63,953 bases of DNA, filler included, from Octopus bimaculoides (GCF_001194135.2; 7 parts of 7 records of this genome joined end to end with filler, not necessarily neighbours in it), one strand, 5' to 3'; positions 25,881 through 38,773 are shown, counted from the whole stretch's first letter. Notes: generated from the sequence alone by a model not told the origin. Numbers and translations are program-made.

Positions 25881-26373
25881 ACATAGTGAAGTGAAAAGTG
25901 GAGGGAGAAGAGAAGGCAAGGAAATGTGAGCGAGGGGGACATACATACATAAATCCATACATATACATATTCATATATACGACGAGCTTCTTTCAGTTTT
26001 CTTCTACCAAATCCACTCACAAGGCTTTGGTTGGCCCGAAGCCACAGCAGAAGACATTTGCCCAAGGTGCCACGCAGTGGGACTGAACCCAGAACCGTGT
26101 GGTTGGGATGCTAGTTTCTGACAANNNNNNNNNNNNNNNNNNNNNNNNNNNNNNNNNNNNNNNNNNNNNNNNNNNNNNNNNNNNNNNNNNNNNNNNNNNN
26201 NNNNNNNNNNNNNNNNNNNNNNNNNNNNNNNNNNNNNNNNNNNNNNNNNNNNNNNNNNNNNNNNNNNNNNNNNNNNNNNNNNNNNNNNNNNNNNNNNNNN
26301 NNNNNNNNNNNNNNNNNNNNNNNNNNNNNNNNNNNNNNNNNNNNNNNNNNNNNNNNNNNNNNNNNNNNNNNNN

Positions 26374-26404
<31 letters not shown>

Positions 26405-26476
26405 CATACACACATATATATATGTAGATGCATATACACTCACATATATAATTATGGCACATGTATCAGCCAACAG

Positions 26477-26686
26477 GTTATGTGTTTACTAGATGCGCCA
26501 ATTTTTAGTGAGGTACTTGAGTGTACAGAATTCTTAGATACATATCTAGCCACGACAAACAACAACAACAACAACATCAACAAGGACAAGCAGCTGCAAC
26601 GTTACAACCACAGCTCAAATAATGCCCCTTATATCAATAATAAATATAAAAACCAAGTGGAACACAATGCCGCATTGAAGAATATG
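26477..26686 (+). CDS. Candidate internal coding exon (70 codons, phase 0-0), Asn-rich
   Basis: CAACAG|GTTATG...AATATG|GTTAGC. Open frame VMCLLDAPIFSEVLECTEFLDTYLATTNNNNNNINKDKQLQRYNHSSNNAPYINNKYKNQVEHNAALKNM. The acceptor is weak and no homology was recognised. Confidence 0.25.
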
Positions 26687-27199
26687 GTTAGCTATACAGA
26701 AAGCATCAGTCTTACTTCATTTCCTCTGGGGGGGTAAAACTGACGAAAATTTGAAATAAATCTACCCCGGGTGTCAGAGAGGTCGCGTATAGCTGCTGAG
26801 TGATCTTGAATCTTGTTAACAGCCTTCTTCTTGTTATTGTAGCTGCCGTCATCTCTTATTTCTTCTCTTTTGATCATCATCATAATCCCCATCATCATCA
26901 TCATCATCATCATCATCATTCAACACTGTCGTCATTGCCGTCATTATCATAATCGCGATCACCATCGTCGATGTCGTCATCATCATCACCATCATTATCA
27001 TTATCAACATCGCCGTTATTATTATCGCGTCCGTCGTCGTCGTCGTCGTCGTCGTCGTCCTCCTCCTCCTCATCATCATCATCATCGTATCGTTGCTAAT
27101 ATCATCAGATCAGCACAACACCCTTCTTCTTCTTCTACCATTACTACTGTTGCTGCTACTACTACTACTACTGTCTGTATTACAAATAATAATAATAAC

Positions 27200-28110
27200 C
27201 CTTTCTACTACAGCACAAAGCCTGAAATTTTAGCAGAGTGGACTAGTCGAGTACATCGTCCTCGGTACTCAAGTCGTACTTAATTTATCGACCCCGAAAG
27301 GATGAAAGGCAAAGTTGACCTCAGCAGAGTTTGAACTCAGAATGATAGCAATTTTATAGGAAGGGGTTACATCTATAACATTAACACCACGGCTTGGCTG
27401 GCACTTTCTTTTATCGACCCAGAAAGAGATGAAAGGTCAAGTTGACCTCGTCGGGATTTGAGAACAGAAAGTAAAGGGCCAGAATTAATGCCGTTAACCA
27501 TGGTGCCCGAGGCGCCAATAATTACGCCACTCGTCGCCTTAATGATATTTTGTACTGGAAGCACAAGGCCTCAAAATTTGGGGGAAGGGATTAAGTCGAT
27601 TACATCGACCCCAGTGCGTAACTGGTGCTTATTTAATCGACCCCGAAAGGATGAAAGGCAAAGTCGACCTCGGCGGAATTCGAACTCAGAACGTAACGGC
27701 AGGCGAAATACCAGGAAGCATTTCGCCCGGCGTGCTAACATTACTGCCAGCTCACCGCCTTTCTCGTCGCCTTGATAATAATACTAATCTACTCGAGAGG
27801 CACAAGGGCTGGGATTTTGAGGGAGGGGGCTGGTCGATTACATTAGCCTCAGTACTTGAATGGTGCTTATTTCATCGATCCTGAAAGGACAAAAGGCGAA
27901 GTCGACCTCAGCGCGATTTGAACTCATAACGTACAGAACCGATCAAAATGCTCAGCGGCATTTCATCTCTCTTTATGTTCTGAGTTCAAACTCCGCTGAA
28001 GTCAACTTTACCTTTCATCCTTTCAGGGTCGATAAAATACGTACCAGTTGAGTACTGGGGTCGATGCATTGACTTATCTAATTCCTACGAAATTGCTGGC
28101 CATGTGCCAA
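27200..28110. mobile_element. Cluster of about five SINE family B copies/fragments, the last two head-to-head
   Basis: Repeated ATCGACCCCGAAAGGATGAAAGGCAAAGTCGACCTCGG on minus, and a plus copy at 27972-28108. Confidence 0.85.
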
Positions 28111-28959
28111 AATTTGAAACCCGGATATAAAACAATTCTACAGAGCCAGGAATTGCACAGAATCTAATAAATCTGATGATTTATTATTGTTTTATCCCAT
28201 GTCAGCCCTGAATGAATGCATTTATGGTAACAGGCTTTCCTGTCGTGACGATCACGTTGGTTTTAAGAAAAGGATAATGTGATTCCAGGATATTACGCAA
28301 TGCTTTCCCCTTTCTAAGGCGATATTACGTGATTTGAGATTTAAAAAGAAATTGAACATATGGTACAGAAGCCTTCCAGCCAAGGTCATCTCACCTTGCT
28401 TTTAGGAAAATTATAACACATAATTCGGATGTCCTTTTTATGAGACAGCAAAATGTACCTTGAGGGAATTTTGCGCATGCTTCTAACAGATGGCGTGACT
28501 AAGTAGAAGCTTTCTCTAAAAGGACAATGGAAGATCTTTTGAATTGAAAAGCAAAAAAGAAAAGCAAGACACAACTGCACAAATTCGACAAAGAAAGCAG
28601 TGTGGGTTTTTTTCTAATCGCAAGTCCACTGTTACTTGACACTTGATATTTATTAGTCAATAAGTACGTGACGTAATACAGCACTAAACGAAGTCAACAA
28701 CCTTAGAAGGTTAGCAAAGCAAACAAAAGTATGCAAGGACAATACACTGGATCTAACACAAAGGCGTGATAAGAAATAGAGCTCGGTATATTTGCTTCGT
28801 ATTCGTGAATGTAATTATTTACTTGCATGTTTAACCTGAAGAAAACAAATAAACAAGTACGCCAACAAATACGGAGATTGAAAATAGTTTTGTGGATTAA
28901 ATAGATATCACGAGGATCAAACTATAACGTTTCGCTGGAATAAGTCTAAAAATATATTC

Positions 28960-29510
28960 TTTTCTACTCTAGGCACAAGGCCTGAAATTTTTGGGGTGGA
29001 GGCCAGGTGATTAGATCGAGTCCAGCATTTTGCCCCGCATGCTAACGTTTCTTATTTCTTTATTGCCCACAAGGGGCTAAACATAGAGGGGACAAACAAG
29101 GACAGACTAAGGGATTAATTCGATTACATCGACACCAGTGCGTAACTGGTACTTAATTTATCGACCCCGAAAGGATGAAAGGCAAAGTCGACCTCGGTGG
29201 AATTCGAACTCAGAACGTACAGACTGACGAAATACCGCTAAGTATTTCACCCGGCGTGCTAACGTTTCTGCCAGCTCACCGCCTTTATTCCTAATAATAT
29301 TCTTTTCTACTCTATGCACAAGGCTCGAAATTTTTGGGGAGGTGGCCAGTCGATTAAATCGAACCCAGTACGCAACTGGTACTTAATTTATCGACCCTGA
29401 AAGGATGAAAGGCAATGTCGACCATCGCGGAAATTGAACTCAGAATGTAAAGACAGACGAAATACCGCTAAGCGTTTCGCCCGGCGCGCTAGCGTTTCTG
29501 TCAGCTCGCT
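28960..29510 (-). mobile_element. Three stacked SINE family B copies (one with an alternative tail)
   Basis: The same conserved body and head are repeated. CpGs are largely retained. Confidence 0.85.
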
Positions 29511-29747
29511 GCTTTACTTTAAAAATACATTGCACAAGATATTTGTTAACAACACAGACACGCACACATACACACACGCGCGCGGGCGCGTACATACACA
29601 CATACACCCCCACACACAAATAAACAAACTTACATATAGAAACGCAAGTGTTAGGCATACATGCATTCACCTCTTTTCCTCACACTCTTCGAACCCGAGC
29701 GGCGTGGATGACGAAAATAAACACTGAAATTCCCTCCGGGTTATATT

Positions 29748-29804
<57 letters not shown>

Positions 29805-29912
29805 GTAATGGTCTTGTTTATCTATATATCTATCTGTCTGTCTGTCAATATATATGTATATACATATATATATATCTATCTGTCTCTATATATATATATA
29901 ACTGTCTCTCAC

Positions 29913-29949
<37 letters not shown>

Positions 29950-29995
29950 TTATCTGTCTATCTATTTATCTATCTGACTGTCTAGTTATCTATCT

Positions 29996-30042
<47 letters not shown>

Positions 30043-30142
30043 NNNNNNNNNNNNNNNNNNNNNNNNNNNNNNNNNNNNNNNNNNNNTTAATTAATTAANN
30101 NNNNNNNNNNNNNNNNNNNNNNNNNNNNNNNNNNNNNNNNNN

Positions 30143-30191
<49 letters not shown>

Positions 30192-30432
30192 TATGTAGAC
30201 TCAAAATCAAGAAGAAAGAAAGATAGATAGACATAAAAATAGAGGGATATATACATATATGTATATATACACACACATACACATCTACACATGCATATAT
30301 ATGCGCGTGTGTGTGTAAATCATACATGAGAAATAGAAAATCATCTCTCAAATACAAATCAAATAAATTGTATAATAAAATAATGTAATAATTAAAATAC
30401 TATAATACAAACCTTCTCATCCTATATTATAC

Positions 30433-30479
<47 letters not shown>

Positions 30480-31047
30480 GAAGGAGATAGATGGGTGGAT
30501 AGATAGATAGAGAGGGAGATAGCTAGATAGATAGAGAAGGAGATAGATGGGTGGATGGGTAGATAGATGGATAGATAGAGAGGGAGGTGGATGGGTAGAT
30601 AGATGGATGGATTTATAGATAAATAGAGGGGTGGATGGATAGATAGAGAGGGAGAGAGATGGGTGGATAGATAGGGTGATAGACAGAGAGAGAGAGAGAT
30701 ATAATAGATACACATACATGCATGTATGTATGTATACATATGTCATATAAAGTAAGAACTATAAATAATTTATATAGCGTGTATTCCAAAAGGAGGAATC
30801 AGAGGCTTTACAAACGTAATCACAACAATGAGAGAGACAAATGTTTACAATTTTAAAACATGATTTATCGCATTGCGTATGAATGGAGGCAAGTGTGAAG
30901 GTACATGTGTATGTTGGTGTGAATTTATTACATACATGTGTATTATTTTTAAAAAGCTATGTATATAAAATGTTTGTTATGTATATAAGGTAATATGATC
31001 TATATAATTAAATAGATGTGTAAATTCAAATTATAAACATACATACA

Positions 31048-31095
<48 letters not shown>

Positions 31096-32075
31096 NNNNN
31101 NNNNNNNNNNNNNNNNNNNNNNNNNNNNNNNNNNNNNNNNNNNNNNNNNNNNNNNNNNNNNNNNNNNNNNNNNNNNNNNNNNNNNNNNNNNNNNNNNNNN
31201 NNNNNNNNNNNNNNNNNNNNNNNNNNNNNNNNNNNNNNNNNNNNNNNNNNNNNNNNNNNNNNNNNNNNNNNNNNNNNNNNNNNNNNNNNNNNNNNNNNNN
31301 NNNNNNNNNNNNNNNNNNNNNNNNNNNNNNNNNNNNNNNNNNNNNNNNNNNNNNNNNNNNNNNNNNNNNNNNNNNNNNNNNNNNNNNNNNNNNNNNNNNN
31401 NNNNNNNNNNNNNNNNNNNNNNNNNNNNNNNNNNNNNNNNNNNNNNNNNNNNNNNNNNNNNNNNNNNNNNNNNNNNNNNNNNNNNNNNNNNNNNNNNNNN
31501 NNNNNNNNNNNNNNNNNNNNNNNNNNNNNNNNNNNNNNNNNNNNNNNNNNNNNNNNNNNNNNNNNNNNNNNNNNNNNNNNNNNNNNNNNNNNNNNNNNNN
31601 NNNNNNNNNNNNNNNNNNNNNNNNNNNNNNNNNNNNNNNNNNNNNNNNNNNNNNNNNNNNNNNNNNNNNNNNNNNNNNNNNNNNNNNNNNNNNNNNNNNN
31701 NNNNNNNNNNNNNNNNNNNNNNNNNNNNNNNNNNNNNNNNNNNNNNNNNNNNNNNNNNNNNNNNNNNNNNNNNNNNNNNNNNNNAGCTGGATGTGTCTTT
31801 AGATATCTTTTTAATTACTTAATACTTTTTTTTCCCCATTTTTTGTAGGCTTTTAAAACTTTTTTTATTGCCATTTTCACTTGTTTCAGTGATTGAACTC
31901 TGGCCATGCTGGAGCACCACCTTATAGCATTGAAGTGAACAAATTGAACCCTTCCTGCCACACCCTGTCCCTGCTGGTATTTGTTTCGGCTTTTTTAAGT
32001 TCGGTACATGTCCTCTTGGGCTTTCTTTTGCCAAACCGTTAAATTATGCATATAAAAGTATATAGGTACACACAC

Positions 32076-32335
32076 ATCATCATTATCATCATCATCATCA
32101 ACATCATCCTTTAACGTCCGCTTTCCATGCTGGCATGGGTTGGATAGTTTGACAGGAGCTGGCAAGGCCATGAGCCACACCAGATTCCAGCGTCTGTTTT
32201 ATCATGGCTTCACAGCTGAAGACCCTTCCCAATGCCAACCACTTTACAGAGTGTAGTGGGCGCTTTTTACTCAGCATCAACACCAGCGCTTTATAAATGG
32301 TACCAGCACAGATGCTTTTCATGTGGAACCAGCAC
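32076..32335 (-). mobile_element. RTE-type LINE/SINE 3' tail ending in (GAT)n
   Basis: CATCATC...TTTAACGTCCGCTTTCCATGCTGGCATGGGTTGGA closely matches the tail of the RTE at 40768. Confidence 0.8.
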
Positions 32336-33159
32336 CACTCTTTTAAATAATTTTCTCTAATTGCAAGTTTTATTCAATTTAGAACTTTTAAAGAGAAGCA
32401 TTTAAACTACATTTCATATAATTCTATATAAGAAATAACCAACCCCCCAAAAAATATATGAAGAGAAGTTCTTCAAAGTAGAATACTTCAAAAAAGTAAT
32501 TTTTTTGGTTTTAGAAAATGCTTTACAAGCCTGCAAACATTGCAGTTTTTTGTTAAAATAGAGAAGATCCAGTTTAATTGAACCTTTGTTAAATTGATGA
32601 CAGACAGATAGATATATTTATTGTGGAGAATTGATAGACAGACTCTGAGACAGATGGACTGATAAGTGTCTACGTGAATGTGTTGATGGATAGTGAGATC
32701 TATAGGTAAGGGTTAATTAGATAATTAAGTAAAGTGGGAGTTAATTAGAGATAGATAAGATAAAGATAGAGGCAGAGAGACAAACAGACAGAAAGAAAGT
32801 AAGAAAGAGAATGAAAAAAATCAGACAAGAAGCTAAATGAACGTAGAGATATATATATGTGAGGTGTGTGTGTGTGTGTGTGTCAATAAGTAGGCAGGCA
32901 GGTAGGAAGGTGGTAATAGATATGTGCACACACATACACACAATCACCCGCATATATACACACACATACATTCAATTTGTATGTATGTATACCTACCAAC
33001 ATGCACACACACACATACATATATATACATATCTATGTGTGTGCATGTATATATATATGTGCATGTATGTGTGTAGGTATTTATATATATATATATATAT
33101 CCATAATTTAAATATCTATTTATCCATCTATCTGTATACTCTCTCTTTCTCTCTCTCTC

Positions 33160-33224
<65 letters not shown>

Positions 33225-34920
33225 ATATATATATAAATNNNNNNNNNNNNNNNNNNNNNNNNNNNNNNNNNNNNNNNNNNNNNNNNNNNNNNNNNNNNNN
33301 NNNNNNNNNNNNNNNNNNNNNNNNNNNNNNNNNNNNNNNNNNNNNNNNNNNNNNNNNNNNNNNNNNNNNNNNNNNNNNNNNNNNNNNNNNNNNNNNNNNN
33401 NNNNNNNNNNNNNNNNNNNNNNNNNNNNNNNNNNNNNNNNNNNNNNNNNNNNNNNNNNNNNNNNNNNNNNNNNNNNNNNNNNNNNNNNNNNNNNNNNNNN
33501 NNNNNNNNNNNNNNNNNNNNNNNNNNNNNNNNNNNNNNNNNNNNNNNNNNNNNNNNNNNNNNNNNNNNNNNNNNNNNNNNNNNNNNNNNNNNNNNNNNNN
33601 NNNNNNNNNNNNNNNNNNNNNNNNNNNNNNNNNNNNNNNNNNNNNNNNNNNNNNNNNNNNNNNNNNNNNNNNNNNNNNNNNNNNNNNNNNNNNNNNNNNN
33701 NNNNNNNNNNNNNNNNNNNNNNNNNNNNNNNNNNNNNNNNNNNNNNNNNNNNNNNNNNNNNNNNNNNNNNNNNNNNNNNNNNNNNNNNNNNNNNNNNNNN
33801 NNNNNNNNNNNNNNNNNNNNNNNNNNNNNNNNNNNNNNNNNNNNNNNNNNNNNNNNNNNNNNNNNNNNNNNNNNNNNNNNNNNNNNNNNCAATTTCTGTT
33901 GTTGTTGCTGCTTCTGTTGTTGCTGGTTCTGTTATCTTCTTTGGTGTGAAGGTTCTTGGTGGTGGTGTTGGTGTTGGTGTTGGTTTGGTGATGGCTGGAG
34001 ATGGTGACAGTGTTGTGAATATTGTAGTATTTGTTGTTATTGTGGCTGTTATGGATGTCATATCGTTATTGTTTTTTATTGTTGCAGTTGCTCTGGATAC
34101 TACAGTTGTTGATAGTGATGGTGATGATGAAGGTGGTAGTGTTCAAGGTTGTGGTGGTGGTGGTGGTGGTTTTGTTGTTGTTGTTGTTGTTGGTGGTAGT
34201 GGAGTGGTGGTGGAGATGTTGTCAGTAGTGGTGGTAGCAGTAGTGGTGGTGGTGGTGATGGCGCTGTTATAAGTATCGTTTTCATCATTGTTGCTCATAT
34301 GTTAATCACATTGATGTTCTTGTTGTTATTGTTGTTGTAGCTAATGTTACAGTTCTTCTTCTTCTTCTTCTTCTTGTAGTTTCCACAGTTGCCTGGCAAT
34401 AGTTTTTAGCAAAACTAATTCCTCTCTTCTAATTGTCTTGTATTCATCAAGGAACCTCACCGCTATGTGTTCTTCTTTTAGCTAATGGTACCGCACACAT
34501 CACACTGCATGAGGTCTGCAACTAGCCGAAGGGGAGCAAGGCACAAAGTGAGGAGCTGAGGGGGTGAACTCATCAATGGAGAGACTGACAAACAGACTAA
34601 CAGACAGACACTGGCATGGAGGGCCAAGTCGTACCCTACCCTCCAAGTAATATAAAGTATATTATTACAGCATTGCGTTCTCAACTAACATAAGAATTGT
34701 AGAATGTGGAAGAATCTTTATATTAGTATTAGTAAGTAGTAGTAGTCGTAGTAGTAGTAGTGTTGTTGCTTTTGTAGTAGTAGTTGTTGTTGTTTACGGT
34801 TGTTTTTGTTGTTATAGTAGTAGTAGTAGTCGTATGGAGCCATGCACATTCTTGGTTATCGCTCTTAAACGGGCTCTTAAATGGGCTCTTAAATAGGCCC
34901 TCTATTTTTCCAATGGTCCA

Positions 34921-35195
34921 TTTAAGGCCAAGATAAATAACCATGAGTTCTCTTAGGATACCAGTGAGGCACAGCATTATGTCATTAGCCAATTGAAAGG
35001 TGAGGAAACACCATACAAAATTAACTGGAAGTTATTAGAGGGACCTGAACCCCAGTGGAAGTGGATGGTATAAATTTTGCTTAGCCAAAAGGACAATAAT
35101 TCTAAAAAAATTTGTATGATCCAGGAACCTTCTTGAATTCAAAAAGGGAGAAATGTTGCTGCTGTCCTTATGAAAGAAAATTCATTTTGAAAACG
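34921..35195 (+). mobile_element. Penelope-like element, C-terminal GIY-YIG-associated region, decayed
   Basis: Frameshifted FKAKINNHEFS...LKGEETPYKINWKLL...FCLAKRTII...LLNSKREKCCCCPYERKFIL, matching the PLE pattern FKxRYxNHxxS...YxIxW...CxLCLxEK...LLNxRxE...CxHxxK. Confidence 0.75.
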
Positions 35196-35494
35196 TGGTG
35201 AACCACCTATTTGCAAACCAGGTATTAAAAATAACATACATAAACACAGATGACCCACAGATGGAATTGTACAAGGGCAGGCAACTCTTCTTTCCCTCTC
35301 AGAAAGGGGTTTAACTTTTCAGTTGTTTTCACCCCAAAATTGACTAATTTACTTCCATCACTAAAGAGGTTGTATGCTTCCAGCCAGCAACTCTGATGAA
35401 TCATCCATATTGCCAAGTTGCAAAACTAATGGTTACTTTCTGACAGGTTATATGCCATAACTCAGGATATACAACTCACACACACACACATACA

Positions 35495-35650
35495 TATATA
35501 ACAAGCTTCTTCCAGTTTCCATCTACCAAATCCACTCTCAAGCCTTTGGTCAGCTTGGAGCTGTAGTAGAAGACACTTGCCCAAAGTACCGTAGAGCGGG
35601 TCTGAACCTAGAATCATGTGGTTAGGAAGCAAACTTCTAAACTACACAGC
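35495..35650 (-). mobile_element. SINE family A 5' half, CpG-decayed
   Basis: CAGTTTCCATCTACCAAATCCACTC...GACACTTGCCCAA...ACTACACAGCC. Confidence 0.75.
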
Positions 35651-35732
35651 CTGACCACACCAGCAAAAAAAAAAACAAACAGTAAGTTGGTCAGCTGGAG
35701 CATTTTTCATTTTACTTTTGTCCACTTGAGCA

Positions 35733-36900
35733 GGGATGACCTGGAGCTAAACAAGGCCAAACTACCACACCTCCATCATGAACTCACCACCACTCATCAA
35801 CACCACCATCGTGAACACCATAATCACTACTACTACCACCACCACCACTGCCACCACAACTACTACCACCAACACCACATCACTACCATACCTGAACACA
35901 CTACCTCCACAACCCCTAACTGCCACCACTGCACCTCCATCTCCAACACAGTATCCAGAAATCCCTTTCACCACCCCCACCACACCCCTTTGTCAGCTGC
36001 TGCCAATACAGATATCTATACAATCAATATCTGGCAGGGTCAAAGACAAAGGGAAAAGGTTAGGGCAGTGGCGGCAGCGGTGGTGGTGGTGGTGGCGGCA
36101 GCTGGGGTGCCGGTGATAGTGATGATAGTGATGGTGATGGTGTTGGTGGTGGGGGTACGGGGAAGCATGTTGAGATGTTGAAAATGGTGGTATTGGTGGT
36201 GGTGGTGGTGGTATTGGTGGTGGTGGTGGTGGTAGTGATTCTGGTGTTGATAATGGTAGAGATAGTGGTGTTAGAGCTGGTCCTGCTGATGACAAAGATG
36301 ATGATGCTGGTGTTGTCGGAGCTGCTGTTGGCCACTGTGGTGGTGGTGGTGGTGGTGGTGCTGGTGCTAGTAATGGCAGAAGTGGTGACGTGAGAGCTGG
36401 TGTTGGTCTTGCCGATGATGGAGGAGGAGGAGGAGGAGGAGGAGGTGGTGGCGTTGGCAGCAGTAGCAGTGATGGAGTGAGGAAGTGATGGGGGGGTGGG
36501 TTGGTTGAGTCATCCATGCAGCTAACGCCAGCATCAGTGCAGTTGATGCCGACAGCCTTGATGCCACCTGCAACATGCACTCACCTCGTCCTCTTTGCTG
36601 TGGCAGTTGCTGGCTGCCGGGTGGTGAACCCTTTCACCCACCTCACTGCTGGGGTCAATGGGGCGAAAGTGGATACAACAACAACAACTACAACAACAAT
36701 GTGAACGACATCAGTGAAACCATCAGCAACAACAACTACTACTACTACTACTACTACTAATAATGATGATGATGATGATGATGATGATGTAACTACTACT
36801 GCTACTACTACTACTACTACTAACAACAACAATGATGATGATGATATTGCTATTACTACTACTACTACTACTACTACTACAAGTGTAGTAGCATCAACAA
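35733..36900. other. GC-richer low-complexity island (ACC/GGT/GGA cryptic repeats around a 200-bp complex core), possibly containing an exon
   Basis: Several long stop-free frames, a plus acceptor at 35732, and a perfect minus donor GAG|GTGAGT at 36586. The frame cannot be decided. Confidence 0.25.
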
Positions 36901-36919
36901 CAACAACAACAGCAATCAG

Positions 36920-37145
36920 AAAACCCCATATAACCTCTCACACCACCCGACCCCGTGCTGGCATGGGTCGGGTGGTGTGAGAGGAGCTGGTAAGCGAGGG
37001 GTCTGAGCCAAGCTCTCTGTTGTGGCATTGTCTCTACCGCTGGACGTCCTTCTTGAGACCAGCCACGTTGCAGGGTGCACTGGATGCTTTTTATGGGGCA
37101 CCAGCACCAGTGAGGTCACCAAGACGCTTGCAAGAAAAAGAACCT
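36920..37145 (-). mobile_element. RTE-type 3' tail, diverged
   Basis: CCCGTGCTGGCATGGGTCGG...GCTTTTTATGGGGCACCAGCACCAG matches the other tails. Confidence 0.65.
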
Positions 37146-37510
37146 GCAAATGATGTGGGGTGGAGCAGTATTGAGGGAGGGGGCTTTGTGCTGGGTGAGG
37201 AGAGGTTAGAGTATGATAAGAGAGATGGAAGCAGGGGAGGAGGTATAAAACTACACTTGTTGGAAAGAGAGAGAGAGAGAGAGAGAATGAGAAGATGGCA
37301 AATGAGACAAATAATAAAAATAAAACAAAAGAAGGACTTGATGCTCACGGCTTGGAAGTCATTGATCATAGGTCGGTTTGATCAGGATTAGCCCAGGGCT
37401 AAACAACAACAGTGACATTTAAAATGAAACACTACATTAAATTAATAATGATTAATTAACATCCCTTCATTTTTGGGGGGGTGTTTTTTCAACTTTGATT
37501 TTGTAGACGT

Positions 37511-37542
<32 letters not shown>

Positions 37543-37904
37543 CCACTACTATCATCCACATCAGCATCACTAGCACCAATACCACTACTACAACAGCCAC
37601 CACCATCATTGTCATCGTTATCATTATTGTTATTATTTCAAAGTCATTATAATATCAATATGTATAAAATACATTTAGCTGTATGATAATGACATTAATC
37701 CATGGCATTATATATAATTTCAGTAAGTCACATGATTAAAAATGTGCTTCTTGAAGTTGCTGTATTTTTTATCTATCTCTGATCTGGTGTTTAAACAGAT
37801 GTCCTGAGTTGCACAGGTTCCAAAGGAGTATTTGTTTCTGATATGAACAGTTCACAATTTATATTTATATTTTTTGGACAGATTAGATATTTTTCCTGGC
37901 TTAG

Positions 37905-38310
37905 TGGTTAGTGCGTCAGGCTCACAATCATGAGGCAGTGAGTTCGATTCCCAGACTGGGCTGCGTGTTGTGTTCTTGAGCAAGACACTTTATTTCACAT
38001 TACTCCAGTTCACTCAGCTGTAGAAATGAGTTGCCACATCACTGGTGCCAAGCTGTATCGGCCCCTTTGCCTTTCCCTTGGATAACATCGGTGATGTGGA
38101 GAGGAGAGGCTTGTNNNNNNNNNNNNNNNNNNNNNNNNNNNNNNNNNNNNNNNNNNNNNNNNNNNNNNNNNNNNNNNNNNNNNNNNNNNNNNNNNNNNNN
38201 NNNNNNNNNNNNNNNNNNNNCCAGAAACAACCTTGCCCAGATTTGTGCCTCAAAGGGGGGGGGGCTTTCTGTGTGCAATACCATGGTCATTCATGACCAA
38301 AGAGGTCTTT
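37905..38310 (+). mobile_element. SINE family C spanning a small gap
   Basis: TGGCTTAGTGGTTAG A box, GAGTTCGATTCCC B box and GTGTTCTTGAGCAAGACACTTTATTTCAC. Confidence 0.8.
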
Positions 38311-38431
38311 ACCCTTTTTTAGATATTTTGCATAATTTTCTAATAAATTCTGAAACCTGAAAATTTTTCTTTTAAATTCCAGAAGTTTACTAACTTTGTC
38401 GTGTTCTTTTTTTCTATATATCTAAAGGTGG

Positions 38432-38660
38432 TTATATGATCATAAGATATTTTCTTAAATTTCCCTTTGTGTAGCTGTTCCATGCCACTTTTAGCTTGAG
38501 TTCTGTAAAGTTGACTATCAAGTTAACCTCTGTCACATAAATTATGGTTTCCACATAGCAGGATTTATCTGGTAGGCATGTATTTACATTTATGTCCAAA
38601 CATGGGACTTCATTAGTGGTAATGCGTTGGGTTGTGTGTGATGTATTTTTCAGCACCAGG
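38432..38660 (-). mobile_element. Decayed Penelope-like RT C-terminal fragment
   Basis: NEVPCLDINVN...YTKGNLRKYLMI resembles the PLE pattern EIPFLDVxV...PYSQxLRxxxI. Confidence 0.4.
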
Positions 38661-38773
38661 TCAAGACCACCACGGAGGGCCTTCTAGTGCAGTCACTGCA
38701 CCCAGGGTTGCCACTTCTGAGCGAATCACAGCAGACACTACTCTGCTACCAAGACCGAAGCATGACTTTCCAG
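38654..38773 (+). CDS. Candidate symmetric phase 1-1 coding exon (120 nt)
   Basis: GATGTATTTTTCAG|CACCAGG...TTTCCAG|GTACAA. Open frame PGQDHHGGPSSAVTAPRVATSERITADTTLLPRPKHDFP in complex, GC-richer sequence. No homology recognised. Confidence 0.3.

Noticed and set aside
26735-26770. CTGACGA-AAATTT-GAAAT-AA-ATC hammerhead-like string
   Set aside because: Stem II has no loop and stem I is out of register. Likely chance in AT-rich DNA.
28386-28580. Minus ORF with possible donors (AAG|GTACAT, AAG|GTGAGA)
   Set aside because: Short and without homology. Such signals are expected by chance.
34481-34524. Strong plus acceptor TTCTTCTTTAG followed by (A)NGTAHITLHEVCN-stop
   Set aside because: The other two frames also hit stops, there is no homology and no supporting poly(A) context. 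Too short to support.
35385-35435. CTGATGA downstream of the Penelope fragment
   Set aside because: It is followed by AAAAC-TA-ATG rather than GAAAC...UH, and the stems do not pair.
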